The notes under the pieces: generated by a model
Told to the model about the DNA's origin: nothing
The model's database searches: none
Seen by the model: the letters and a program-made list of their open reading frames with translations, nothing else
Assembly (NCBI GenBank): GCA_051294375.1
Contig: CM119269.1
Location: 8,440,519-8,504,518, forward strand
DNA: 64,000 nucleotides
Direction of reading: 5' to 3'
Source: Paraspadella gotoi
Lineage: Eukaryota; Animalia; Chaetognatha
Shown here: positions 51,568 to 64,000 of the stretch, in pieces
Position numbering within the stretch: the first letter of the stretch is position 1
Layout of the letters: each line of letters opens with the position of its first letter
Translations under genes and position numbers: made by a program

Positions 51568-54500
51568 ACGCGAGAGAGAGAGAGAGGAGAGTCAAGTTGG
51601 ACTGACGATCGTGTGTTCGATTTAAGTCGAAAAAGGATGGATTGATTAAAGATAAATGTGAGAGCGAGATAGAGTAACGCGACGCGGATGGAGATAGATA
51701 AGAAGGTGCAGAAAAAACCATTTTGAGAGAGGAGAGATAGAGAAAGCGATGAGAGCAGAGAGAGAGAGATGAGAGAGAGAGATGGACGAGAGAGAGAGAG
51801 AGAGAGAGAGGAGAAAGAGAGAGGAGAAGAGAGAGGGGTTAGGTGAGAGAGTGATGAGAGAGAAATGAAATGGAAAATTTAATATAAGTTGCGTGTCAAA
51901 AACACCAACCCAGCCACCCCGAAAAAATTTCGCACTCCGGAAGTGAATCCTTTCCGCATTTGCATAAACCTATTTGAGGACTTAGGCGAAAAAGAATTAG
52001 CTTACGGAAGGCTTTGAAGACGACATTAAATTTCCCTTTTTTTCAACCCTGCGTCCGACTCAGTTGTTCTACCAATCTTGCTCTAAACGTGAAAAAACCC
52101 TTTCCTTTTTTTTTTTTTTGACTTCTACTTTTTACCCTTCGCAGTCATACGTACTATCTCTGAAAGCGCTTCCCCCTATTCTCCCCCACCCCCCCCGGAC
52201 CGAACCAAACGCCTCTCCTCTCGAGATGCGAGAGATTCAAAAGCCTAAAAGAGAAGAAGTTTAAGGAAAGTGTGTAGCGCCCAAAGAGACACGCCCACGA
52301 GTCGCGAACCGGGAAAAGGAGAGGAGAGAGAGGGGGAAATGTTGAGGAAGTAACGGTATGGTAGAGTGGGTGGGAGAAAGAAAGGAAAGAAGATGGAGAG
52401 ATGAGAGAGAGTAATTGATTGTAGATGGAGAGAGAGGGTAGAAAGGGCTAATGTACCAGTGGAATCTAACCAAGGGTCAAAGCCGTTGTAGGTTAAAAGA
52501 AAAGAGAAATGGTGGAGGATTTTTTTTTAAAAAGAAGAAAAAAAGTCGGAAAAGAAGAGAGAATAGGAGAAAAAAAAAGTAACATACTTTTTTCTATTTG
52601 TATCATACACCTTACTTGACTAATGTTTTACATTCGTACAATTAAATTTCTTTATTGTTTCACTTTTTCTCATAATGATATTTAATAAACGTAAATTCTT
52701 AGTCTCTTCTTTTTAACTACTTATGATAATAAGGTCGCGTGCCGTGAGCCAAAAAAAAAAAGGGAAGCTAAAAGGAAGGGCAGAATAGTGAGAGGGAACC
52801 GGGAATAGAATGACAGCGATCTATTACTTTATTGACTAGACCGAGCGACCAGGGACCGACCTAGTGACCGACTTACCGAAACACACCGAACCCTCGCGAA
52901 ATTGAGAACGAAAGGGTGGAATGAAAAGAGAGAAAAGGAGACTCGGCTGACGAAAAATCCCGGATGAAAATTCACCACCCTGAACACAAAGGACCCTAAA
53001 AGGGTTTGAGGAAATAGATCTGTTCAATGATCTTTGTCAAAGACATAAAGACTCTTGACAGTAAATAGGGTTGAGCAACAAAGCCCAATTGATTTGGCCA
53101 TAAGTGGACAAAAACTTTCTAGCAACGCAAACCCTCGTTTCTGGCAAAAACCGATCCCGCCGACCCAATTTGGCGAACTTCCCCAACTCTCCAAACAAAA
53201 TCTGTCTCAGTACAATCTAACATCTGGTGCTTTTTTTTTCTTTCTCTATTCCGTATTCCGTTTCACGTAGAGGCATAATTCAACAGCATACCATCTAAAA
53301 CCAAGAAATTCTATTATGCATTTACAAGGGTATCAATAGGTAAGATGAGAGTCATTTCTTCAAACGAAAATCTGACCGAGTCCTGCTTCGTCATACTTTC
53401 TGTGTGAAACAGTCCTCTTCCCTTCTTCCTCTTCAGTGACGTTCGTGTCTTGTCTGCTCTCTCTGGTTCACAGATTCTATATATTGCTTCCGAACACATT
53501 GAGGATCCCTCGTGGACGTCTCGTCTGATCTATCCGAACGAAAGCTCCCATAGTCGTGCATAGCCTTCTGATCCTCTTAGGCGCTTAGAATCAATTTAAT
53601 AATAACCTAAGTTTTCTTGTTCATCTCGCGGTATTAACGAATCTATATATATAACGAGTAGGCTAAAATTATTGGATTCCTGCATCATACTTTCTTTGTT
53701 ACTAAATTATAATTGTTGTTAAAAAAACATTTAATATATTCGGACCAAAACGAGGGATGAAAAACCCTAGAAGTGAGTGATCGTTGGATTGTCGCGATTT
53801 AAAACCCTCGATCTACACTCGGCCGACGCTCAGATCTTCTTCTTTCTCTCTATTCTATTTCTATTTGTTCGTTTTTTTACTTTCTTCAATTTTTGCTACG
53901 TGGTCTTTTCTTCTCTCCCTCAATCGTCTCTCTTTCGTCCGGTGGAATCTCTCTTCTCGTCGTAATGGTAGACAACCGTGCGATTGGTCAAATATAGACT
54001 CTAACGGCCGTTTAGAGACAACTAATTTCGTCACATTAAATTTCACATACAGCCAGCCACGCGGAACCGCAAAAAAGAAAAGGTGAATGGAGAGGAGAGG
54101 AAATTAAGGGTAGAGAAGCATTGAGAACCTGGCGAGATCTCGACAGATCGACGGAAAACCGTCCGTTTAAATATTGGTATAAGAGCATAAGTGTGCAATA
54201 AAAATGTAGTGAATCTTTTACCAAAGGTTTTGAAAATTGAAAATTGGAAAACAAATCGAGACTGTATAAACTAAGAAATAAAAAAGTTTGGAAAATTACT
54301 TAACAACCCAGTTACCCCGACCCGTTTAAAAAAAAACTTGCTGAGAAAAAAAGGGAAGTCGTGTTAGAGAGACCGTAAAGCCCCCTTGCCGAAAAAAGAA
54401 CCGAGGGGAAACCCCTGTACAAGACGAAGAAAAGTAAGCGGGTAAAAGCCGTCCGATCATGTGCCGAGGAGAGAGATGAGAGAGACTGAGAGAAGAAAGG

Positions 54501-57500
54501 AAGAGTACGAGAGAGAAGAGATCTCGAGAGAGAGATCTCGAGAGAGTAGAGACGGATGACTGACGAGATCGTCAGAGAGAGAGCAGAACCCCGAGTTTGA
54601 GAATGGATTCCTAGATCTATAAATGGCTAGGATTCCTACGTGACGAGCTACCTCAGGTCAGGTCAAAGATCCAGGTACTGCGTAAGCGGGAGGATACGAG
54701 AAGAGAAAAGCATAAAGAAGGTGAAGGACGAAGGTATCATCTAACGATCGAGGTCCAGTCTCTCGGAACTCAGACTCATGTCTCCGACAGGAAGGAAAAA
54801 GGCGTCCTCTGTGGGTACAAAGGAAAAAAAGGAACGCCTATACCCTCCGGTCACCCTCCCTCGAGCTCCCCTTTGCCTCCTGTCTCTCTCCCTCTCGCTC
54901 GCGTCCTCTCGCTCCTCTCTCTCTCTCCCTCCACTTCTTAGTCTCGTCCAACATCGCCAATGAAATAACCCAATTTTTATTTGGCCCTCATCCCAACCGA
55001 TTTACTCAATAATGTCACATTACTCTATACATATAATTTTTTTATACTTATATTTATATAATATTTGTATATTTGACGGTATTTTATCTTTCACTAGTGG
55101 GCTGAAAGGTAAAGTATAAATACAAATGGCCCTCTTTAGAGTTGAAAAATTGGGTTTTATAATCATAAATATTTGTTTTTAAACTATATCCTTGCCAACA
55201 GAACCTTTACTTTATACAACATTTTTCTTGCCGCCCCCAATGTATTGTGGTTTCAATACCTGGTATCCTTTTTATGTCCTATTATATTTAATTTAGATTA
55301 ATTCATTTACAACGTTACTTAGGAGGTACAAACCATCCGACGACATCCAATGAAGATATCATAAACGTCCACTTCCGCGGTCCTCACTAGCGTTCTCACT
55401 TACCGCTTCCGTTTGTCTCCGATCCCTGACTCATTTCCGTTTCTCGGGTTTCCGTCTCGTTCGCTCCGGAATGCGGCGTGCGCTCTCTTTCAATCTCCCT
55501 AACGTATAACAAAAGGAGCCCGGGATGCCGACCGACCCGATAGCGGACCAGATAGCCGACGACGATTGACAAGCAGAAAAAAATACAGGGTGGCCGATCC
55601 TTGCTGCAGTTCCCAGTCTCTCTCCTCTCTCTCATCCTACGTGTCTCATTCCGAAACCCCGATAGCGATGGTCCCGTTACCGGATGCATTAGGTGCCACC
55701 AGCGTCCTCGTATACCTTCTCTCGTGCTAGATATTATACTAATATCGACGCTAAACCCTGCTCATCGAAATCTGTGAAACTCAACATCATCTCGCGGACC
55801 CAAACAAAGTAAATCTCATCTCGCCTATATCTCAGTCATTCTCCTCATACTCTCTCTCTCTTCTCTCTCTTCTCTACTCTCTCTTCTCTCTCCTCTCTCC
55901 ACTCTCTCTCTCCTCTCTTCTCGTTATCGTCCTTTTTTATCGGTGTCCTAGTGCACGATATATACCATCGACGCGCAGGGAATTTAACTTTACTTTCTCT
56001 TCGCTTAGTTCCAGTACATATATATGTATCTCCCTGTTTCAATCCTATACAAATCTCTAATGTCACTCGGCAAAAGCATCAGATGTCGCTTTGGTAACTT
56101 CAATGCTCGCGGCAGGAAATAATACAAAGTGAGACACACACAAGCCTGGATGGGATAACGCTTACTCTGATACTTTGACATAACTCGTGCGCTTTATAAT
56201 ATCTTAATAATATTTTACACCTCTGTAGGAACCCAGGTAATGTATACGAATTCCAGTGTGATATTTGCAAATAATCCTGTTTTGTGACATTCTTCCTTTT
56301 CACGTAGCTCACAGTGTGATCGGACGACCTACCCGTGCTCACTCATTCGTGACATTTCTCTACCAAAGTAATTCTGGAATACGACTCTTCTACTTATTCT
56401 AAATATAGAGATATGGACTCTCAGTAATCACAGAATTCATGATACTGTTAATAGGGAAGCCTCAGGAACTCCGGAGTGAGTATTAAACGAGACGTAGAGA
56501 GAGACTGATTACAAGCTTAGTAGGCGTCCTGCATGTTAATATTTTATTATCTTGGACTTTGTGTAGGAGGCCTTAACAACGATAGCCTGTTCAATTCATT
56601 CATTCATCATTCTAATTAATTCCAAATGTACATGTACAATTTCAGCAAAGTCAAGCTGCGGGCAAGATAGTTTCTTTATATTTGTTAATATGATACAAGT
56701 GAAATTGGTGCATTATGTGTGAGCAGAGTAGAGCACGCAAGATGGGTAGAATTATACAGAATGTTATATGTAATTAATTATTTCGAATGTTAAAAACCAT
56801 TTATGAATTTGCCGTCCATGAAGTGAAACTCTTTTCTTGTATTTCCTGAAGTGTAACAACATTAATTACAGATTGCGACTGTTTTAGAAACATGAATCAT
56901 TCGCAATAGTGTAATTTAGGACGTGTCACTGCTCGTCTTGCCACAAGGCTTGGACCGCATCCTAAGCCTAGGAGGGAACGATATATCAAGTATTTTTTTT
57001 TTGATAAGCGGGAAAGTAAAATTTAGAGAGAAAAAAAGCGATATGAAAAAGAAAAGGCAGTATGATTGGCCTATCGTTTTCATTAAGTTGATCGTGAATA
57101 AAAATGTACGCGCGGACCTCTCGATTCGCGTCTTGGTTTGAATCGTTTTACGAGCCGCAGCACGCAGTCGATTTGGATAATTGGATGCTTAAGGGCGTTC
57201 TACAGATAGATTGCACGCGCACAATGCACATGATTTCCTTTCTTAGAGCAAAAACGGAACAACGGCGGCGGAGTAGGACATTGAAAGCAAGACGATACTT
57301 TTTCTCCGCGGTCTCTGATATGACATTTTCGGTATTTAAAAGGAATCGGGGAACGGAAGAAGAAGCAAAACCGAGGGAGGACAAAAATTAATGATTAGTT
57401 ACTTTTCACAGAGCGAGTTCGGGCGCTTGAAAGAGGGAAAAGAAGAAAAGTAAAGAGAGTGGAATAAGGAAACAGAAAAAACAGGAAAAAAAAGCAAAAG

Positions 57501-60500
57501 AGGAGAAAGCCAACGGTTTCTTGGCAGAAAAAGTGAGCATTAACACGGGACATGCATAAATTTAGTAATTTCCGATCGAAAGGGATATTAACAGGCGCGA
57601 CGTTCGTAATTACGGCTGACCGAGGACGATGGACAAAATAAGATCGAGAACGTCGCTCGTTTAGCAGTTTTCTCTTGCTATTATGTGTAATTTCATGTGA
57701 TCATCTGCGCGCCTATAATACTCGTTTACGAGTTTTTATACGACGTCGGGGAAAATGAAAAGGGCGTTTGTCGATTTCACGCGGCGAACCGTCTCAGGAT
57801 GACGGGGATCTCGACCGCGTTTGTTCCAAATTAACATAGTGAGGTTGCTTTGATCCCTTATTATCTTGAGGCGGCGCATTATTGAGATCCGCTGACGCCA
57901 GCGTCACGGCTTCATACGATTGGTATTTTGTCAGGGGAGATGTGGCATCCGAGTGGTGCAGGGAGTGTACTTTCAAAACTACTATGACGAAGTTAACTAA
58001 TAAAGATGCAACTTTGTCACGATGCACGACGCACGAATACGTTTGTTGTCATTGGTTATATGAGCAAAACAAATAAACAGAAGATAACGGAACGGGCGAC
58101 AATCAATTCGGGGAAAAATTGAAAATTGTTAAGATAACAATTAAAAAAATACTTATATGGCATGGTTGATGACATTTAACAACCGCAATCCAATAATGCT
58201 TAATTAAACTAATGCTCTAACGGAATCCAAACACAACGAAACAAATCATTGCTATTGTAAACTATAAAAAAAAATATAAAAAATTAGCAAATAACGAAAG
58301 ACGTGGCGGTATATTCACACCGCCTCGTCCTACATTCCCAAATCTATTGTCTCAGAGGGCCAGGTAACACACCATTCCAGGCGTACGTGTTCCATCCACC
58401 AGTCGTTAACGACTTCCCTCTGCGTTATGGCAAGCCGAGACCGTCGAAGGTAACAAAGCGCCAGTGACTGAGGCGCCTGGAGCGTCGGAAGCCCCTGAAG
58501 TCAACAGTTGAGACGCCCCACCCCACATGGGCATCAAGGCAAACCCGGCTGTTACCATAAAGGAATTTAAAAAGGGGAGCGACCATTCTGGTGGTTAAAA
58601 CCCAATAAAAAATGCAGGCCTCTTCCCCCCGAAAATCCGCTTTTTTTCGATAGACACAACTTAAATCAAAATCAGAGAGTGTCCACCGGGCGTGGCGCGT
58701 TTTTCGCCGCTTTCGAAATAACTCGTGGCAGGGTCGACAGGGGGTCGTTCGTTATATCCTGCAGCCGGAAATTTCTTAACGTCTCGGTAAAGGATATAAA
58801 TAAATGGCCACGTATAGCTCTATTTATTATCAATACAGAATCTTATATTCTTTATAGCTCATTAATTTTTTTTTTATAGGTAATTTACAGCTTTTTTTAC
58901 TTAAGTTCTTGGAGGCCGCTTTTCGTCTTTTGGTAATTGGTTAAAGTAATGACGTTCCTAAATTTGGAACTAACGAGGGCCTCATAATTCAAGAAAGAGC
59001 GCCGACCACCTGTCTTATTAACGAAATATGAGATAAACGCAAGGGAATCCCGGTCTTATTTCTCCGAAAAATGACCACGAGGGTCTTTCCACGCGGACCG
59101 GCCTGTTCACTATCCTAAACACGTAAAGACCCTCCAAGACCCTATCATACCGGGACAACAATGCGAACCCGGCGTGTAGCTGGCCTTACCCGCCACGCCA
59201 CGCCTAAACGCGCACGACGTGCTCGCAACTGGAGTGCCCAACCGACGAACGTTCATCCTTGCTCGCCGCACCGCAACGCGCCCCTCCTTCTTGCGTTAAA
59301 TGGCGTTAGGTTGAACCCGGTCTCGTTGTCCCGTCGATCCTTATAATCGTCGGAGCCTGACCGAAACTTTGCGAAGATCAAGACGCATGGCAAAAGAGAG
59401 AAGTAAGCCTCTATGAGATCCTTCGTGTGATCAAAGAGATTCGCAAATGTGGCGACATGCCACACATACCGCGCCTTGAGGGAGGGACTGACATTAGTGG
59501 CCTTGGGTCAGACTCTCCGCGAGGAAAATACAGGGAAATATACTATCAATTATTGTTTTCCCCGTGAGATTCGGGAAAATTTTGGGGGGATTTGACACGC
59601 TCCGCCCCGTTTTGGGATCTCGGTATACAAATGTCACCATCATATAAATCAATTGAGTGTATGTTTAAGGCCACGATATGGCTTGGTCCTGTATTAGGTG
59701 GATTATCGTTTAAAGTACACAAATTCATCAAAGTGTTGTCTACTTCTCACTCTCTAGGCTATTCGTCCTTTTGTTTTTTCAATTTACGTAATTTTTTTGA
59801 AATCTGTTCAAGAAGACCGAAAATAGTCAATATAATAATAGTAAGTAGGTGTTTGAAGGAAATTTGTGACGAATGTAGTAGAAGTGTGAGCAATTTAAGG
59901 ATGCGTTTAAGTATGAGGCTTCTCTTTCCCTGGATCACATGTTATCAATCGCCCAGGGATACCAACTTGACTCTTACGGTTCCTTTCGGCCTTATTACTG
60001 GTGTGACTGGGTCCACTCCAGATTCATCGCTTCATGCAAATAGGTGTCCATTTGGCTGAAAACCACGAAAACCTTGAGTAGGATTGATCCGCAAGAGGCT
60101 TCCGGACAAAAAAGGGAGGAAGGGAAGGGTTTAGAAAGAGTGAAGAGACCGATTAGTTAAAGGTCGCTCCAAATCAATCTATCCTTTTACAGTATCCTTT
60201 CTTTTTCTGTGATCTAGCTTGAATAGAGAGAAAATTACTATGTCTATCACAAATGGTTTATTTACAAGCCACCACCAAATTTGCCTCTCTCAGTTCGCGT
60301 AAAAAAAAAACCGGGTGTGATGTCGAAAATAGAGTCCTTTTTATTCTGAGAAAAAAATTTCGTTGGGTGCGGCGTGAATACAAAAACTCCCTCTCTCGAA
60401 TCATATACATTCCACATTTCACAACCTCCCCTTCCCTTGACCCGAAGTCGCGATGATACAAGCTCTCTGTATTCACACGTCAATGCTAGTCCGAGTTCAT

Positions 60501-62337
60501 GATAGACTGTAGGTGATAAAATGTGAGCCAAAGAAACGAAGGCTGGGGCCTGCAGAGCAGAGAGAAAGAGAAAGAGCAGACGTCAGTAGATCGGGATCGG
60601 AGAGGATGAGAGATGCAGAGCAGAGGAGAGAGATGCAGAGAGCAGAGACGAGATATGACAGAGAGAACGATGATCAGAGAGAGACAGAGTGCAGTACGAG
60701 AGAGAGAGAGAGAGACGCCCTCATTCTTTCCCAGAGACAGAGACAGTCCAGCGGCGCAAAGTGATTTTTCAATTAACTTTTTTTCGTCGGAAATGTTTTT
60801 CCCGGTCGTGGGCTTCAAACCCTTGATAAATTATATCATCTTTATTATTATTAATATTTAGTCATTTTACCGTATTTTATTAAAAAGTTTTTCTCATCTT
60901 CTTTTAATCTTTTTTTGTTTGTTTTAACCTTATTATAAAAAAACCAACCACTGTCTAAATTTTTAACCAGACCCTAACTCTAACCCCTAAACCTAATCCC
61001 ATACACTAATCAATAATGTTTAACCCTAATCCCATACCTAATCAATAACCGTAACCCCTAACCAAAGTATGTCTAAAAACTGACGCAATTCTGAATTTAA
61101 TATGAAACGGTGCGCTTTTGTAAAAAATGGCCTAAAATTTAATAAAAATCGCACGAAACGATCGTTAATGATGTCAAGAATCATCTTCTGTCATCGGAGA
61201 GATAAATATCTTTACTCTATTTGGTTTTTCTTTAATTTTTAATTAAGATTGAGCAACTTATTCGCTAATTAATGATTGATTATTTTCCTTTTCATTTTTG
61301 AAAGTCGGTATGCACGAGATTAAGCTGAGGAAACAAATTCCTCTCTCTCTCCCTCTNNNNNNNNNNNNNNNNNNNNNNNNNNNNNNNNNNNNNNNNNNNN
61401 NNNNNNNNNNNNNNNNNNNNNNNNNNNNNNNNNNNNNNNNNNNNNNNNNNNNNNNNNNNNNNNNNNNNNNNNNNNNNNNNNNNNNNNNNNNNNNNNNNNN
61501 NNNNNNNNNNNNNNNNNNNNNNNNNNNNNNNNNNNNNNNNNNNNNNNNNNNNNNNNNNNNNNNNNNNNNNNNNNNNNNNNNNNNNNNNNNNNNNNNNNNN
61601 NNNNNNNNNNNNNNNNNNNNNNNNNNNNNNNNNNNNNNNNNNNNNNNNNNNNNNNNNNNNNNNNNNNNNNNNNNNNNNNNNNNNNNNNNNNNNNNNNNNN
61701 NNNNNNNNNNNNNNNNNNNNNNNNNNNNNNNNNNNNNNNNNNNNNNNNNNNNNNNNNNNNNNNNNNNNNNNNNNNNNNNNNNNNNNNNNNNNNNNNNNNN
61801 NNNNNNNNNNNNNNNNNNNNNNNNNNNNNNNNNNNNNNNNNNNNNNNNNNNNNNNNNNNNNNNNNNNNNNNNNNNNNNNNNNNNNNNNNNNNNNNNNNNN
61901 NNNNNNNNNNNNNNNNNNNNNNNNNNNNNNNNNNNNNNNNNNNNNNNNNNNNNNNNNNNNNNNNNNNNNNNNNNNNNNNNNNNNNNNNNNNNNNNNNNNN
62001 NNNNNNNNNNNNNNNNNNNNNNNNNNNNNNNNNNNNNNNNNNNNNNNNNNNNNNNNNNNNNNNNNNNNNNNNNNNNNNNNNNNNNNNNNNNNNNNNNNNN
62101 NNNNNNNNNNNNNNNNNNNNNNNNNNNNNNNNNNNNNNNNNNNNNNNNNNNNNNNNNNNNNNNNNNNNNNNNNNNNNNNNNNNNNNNNNNNNNNNNNNNN
62201 NNNNNNNNNNNNNNNNNNNNNNNNNNNNNNNNNNNNNNNNNNNNNNNNNNNNNNNNNNNNNNNNNNNNNNNNNNNNNNNNNNNNNNNNNNNNNNNNNNNN
62301 NNNNNNNNNNNNNNNNNNNNNNNNNNNNNNNNNNNNN
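46544..62337. other. Region containing assembly gaps (about 46544-46805, 46920-47110, 47614-47638, 61357-62337) and apparently lower-fidelity sequence
   Basis: N runs, mostly abutting (AG)n tracts; microsatellites between the gaps are interrupted by single-base errors. Confidence 0.7.
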
Positions 62338-62469
62338 TCTTACTCTCGCTCCTCTCTCGCGTCTTCTCTGTATTGCTCTCTCTCTATCTCTTATCTCCTC
62401 TCTCGTTTCTCTTTGATCACGTAACTACACAAAAATGAAATATATACACAAAAATGATTCACTGGTATC

Positions 62470-63197
62470 TTTCTTGTCTGCAAGTTATGCTGCATTGAGC
62501 TTGAGGTCAAATAATCGCTTCTTAGAAAGATCTCATGTCTTTACAAGTATGATACATACGTTCCTATCAAGTTAAAGAAGTAAAAATCGGTCCTGCCATT
62601 TAAGAGCTGTCGCACCCTAAAAACAAAGGGTCAAAAGCAAAATAGGAAAAAGATGTTTTTGAAGATCTGCAGAAAACCGAGGAAGTCGTTCAGCCTTAAT
62701 TTTTACCCCTTATATTTAATATTTATGGATCAAAAAAAAATTAGGAATTGGAAATGTGGATTTTTTGAAAAAAATTGTTCTAGTCATAGAAGTTATATTT
62801 ATAGTACCCTAAAAACAAGAGGTAAAAAATATGTCAATTTACTTCTGCTATAACGCTCTGTTTGATTAGTTACTTTTAAAAAATCATTGCTTACAGACGG
62901 ATGGCTGAATTTTAACCAAATTTACACCAAAAGTTATTTTTTCTATGAAACTATAATTTTTTTTCATAATAAAGGAATCTAACAAGATTTATTTGTTCAA
63001 TGTTTAAGTGTGTTCTCTTTTTTTTTTTGCACAGGACTGTATTATCCGAGTTATGAGTACATTTTCTTATGTGAGTGGGATAAACCAACAGACAGACAAA
63101 CATATAGACTTACATACTGACCGACCTAACAACCGACCGACCGACCGAAAAGTAACTTAATGAGTTGCTCCGCGAGCACTCGCGACGCAACTTAAAA
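62470..63197 (-). mobile_element. HINE/DINE-1-like family B (left boundary approximate)
   Basis: Minus strand starts tttaagttgcgtcgcgagtgctcgcggagcaact (terminal palindrome) followed by (gtcg)n/(gtct)n microsatellite; matches 30499-30600. Confidence 0.6.
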
Positions 63198-63527
63198 CAA
63201 CACTGACAGAAAACAACAACAAATCGACGACAACAACGACGATGAAAACAACAACAAAGACAACAACGTCAACGACGATGACAAAAACAGTAAGGACAAC
63301 AACGACGACGACGACGACGACGACGACTATCGATCGTTTTGATCGAAAAGATTCAAGCGGTCAATTTTCCCTTTGATCTCGACTTTCGTTGTTATCATTT
63401 TTTTTATAATTTTATTATTATTTTCTTTTCTCGGTGTTATTTTATCTTCTTAGTCATTTTTTTCTCTTCGTCACGAAAGACTGTTAAGCTAATCGGTCTA
63501 GGAAGAAAGAACTCTTTACCCCGAAAC

Positions 63528-63574
<47 letters not shown>

Positions 63575-64000
63575 CCGACACGATTATCTAATTTATGCCG
63601 CTTGCGTCTTCTAATTGCGGGGTTCGAACCCGGCGGACATATTTTCTGCTCGTTTTGAGTTAATCGGATTCCGATTCGAGACACTTTTTCGGGAGGCGAC
63701 GGAAGGCAAAGTTAGTCGCAGTAGGGCGAAGGGAGGCGAAGAAGGGCGAAGAGAGGTGTAGTAAGGCGAAGAAGGGCGAAAGACGGCGACGATGCAAAAA
63801 GACGACATCGAAGCGTAACCGAAACAACGACGAACGACAACAACAACAACGGCCATCGGCGGCGCCTTTGATCTTCCGACGACTTTTGTCGCTTTTGAGG
63901 AAAATGGAGAGAAATTCTCGCGCGCGAAGCGGAACAGAGAAGCCGAGGCACGTTCGAGGATGGGGGGAGAGGGAAGGGAGTGGGGAATCTTCTCTCTTTT

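Noticed and set aside
53314-53590. Candidate upstream exon of the Tyr-motif gene
   Set aside because: No frame-consistent splice sites or recognisable similarity.
46290-62416. Long ORFs spanning N runs
   Set aside because: Artefacts of gaps.

Overview
AT-rich, microsatellite-rich eukaryotic (animal-like) genomic DNA with GT-AG spliced genes; TTAGGG-type repeat variants are present but the taxon cannot be assigned from sequence alone. Five genes were reconstructed by hand: (1) a 5'-truncated, partly unresolved XK-related-like multi-pass membrane gene (+, 2-3986); (2) a complete 7-exon claudin/PMP22-superfamily gene (-, 7312-12274, 318 aa); (3) a second, long XK-related-like paralog (+, 17980-24942, about 835 aa); (4) a complete 7-exon firefly-luciferase/4-coumarate-CoA-ligase-like acyl-CoA synthetase (-, 28523-34473, 596 aa) with a mitochondrial-presequence-like N-terminus and no PTS1; (5) the 3' five exons of a large disordered protein rich in tyrosine docking motifs (-, 37817-44925, at least 1274 aa). 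Introns and spacers are filled with small mobile elements. The most notable non-coding signals are four minimal hammerhead-ribozyme motifs, three of them in Penelope-like inverted-repeat/tail/TSD insertions inside the luciferase-like gene, and a 230-bp element with fixed termini, 4-bp TSDs and an internal tRNA-Gly-like cassette that does not behave like an ordinary SINE. Helentron-associated (DINE-1-like) elements, Mutator-like foldbacks, a second tRNA-SINE and several satellites are also present. 46.5-62.3 kb contains N gaps and looks like lower-fidelity sequence; no genes are called there.
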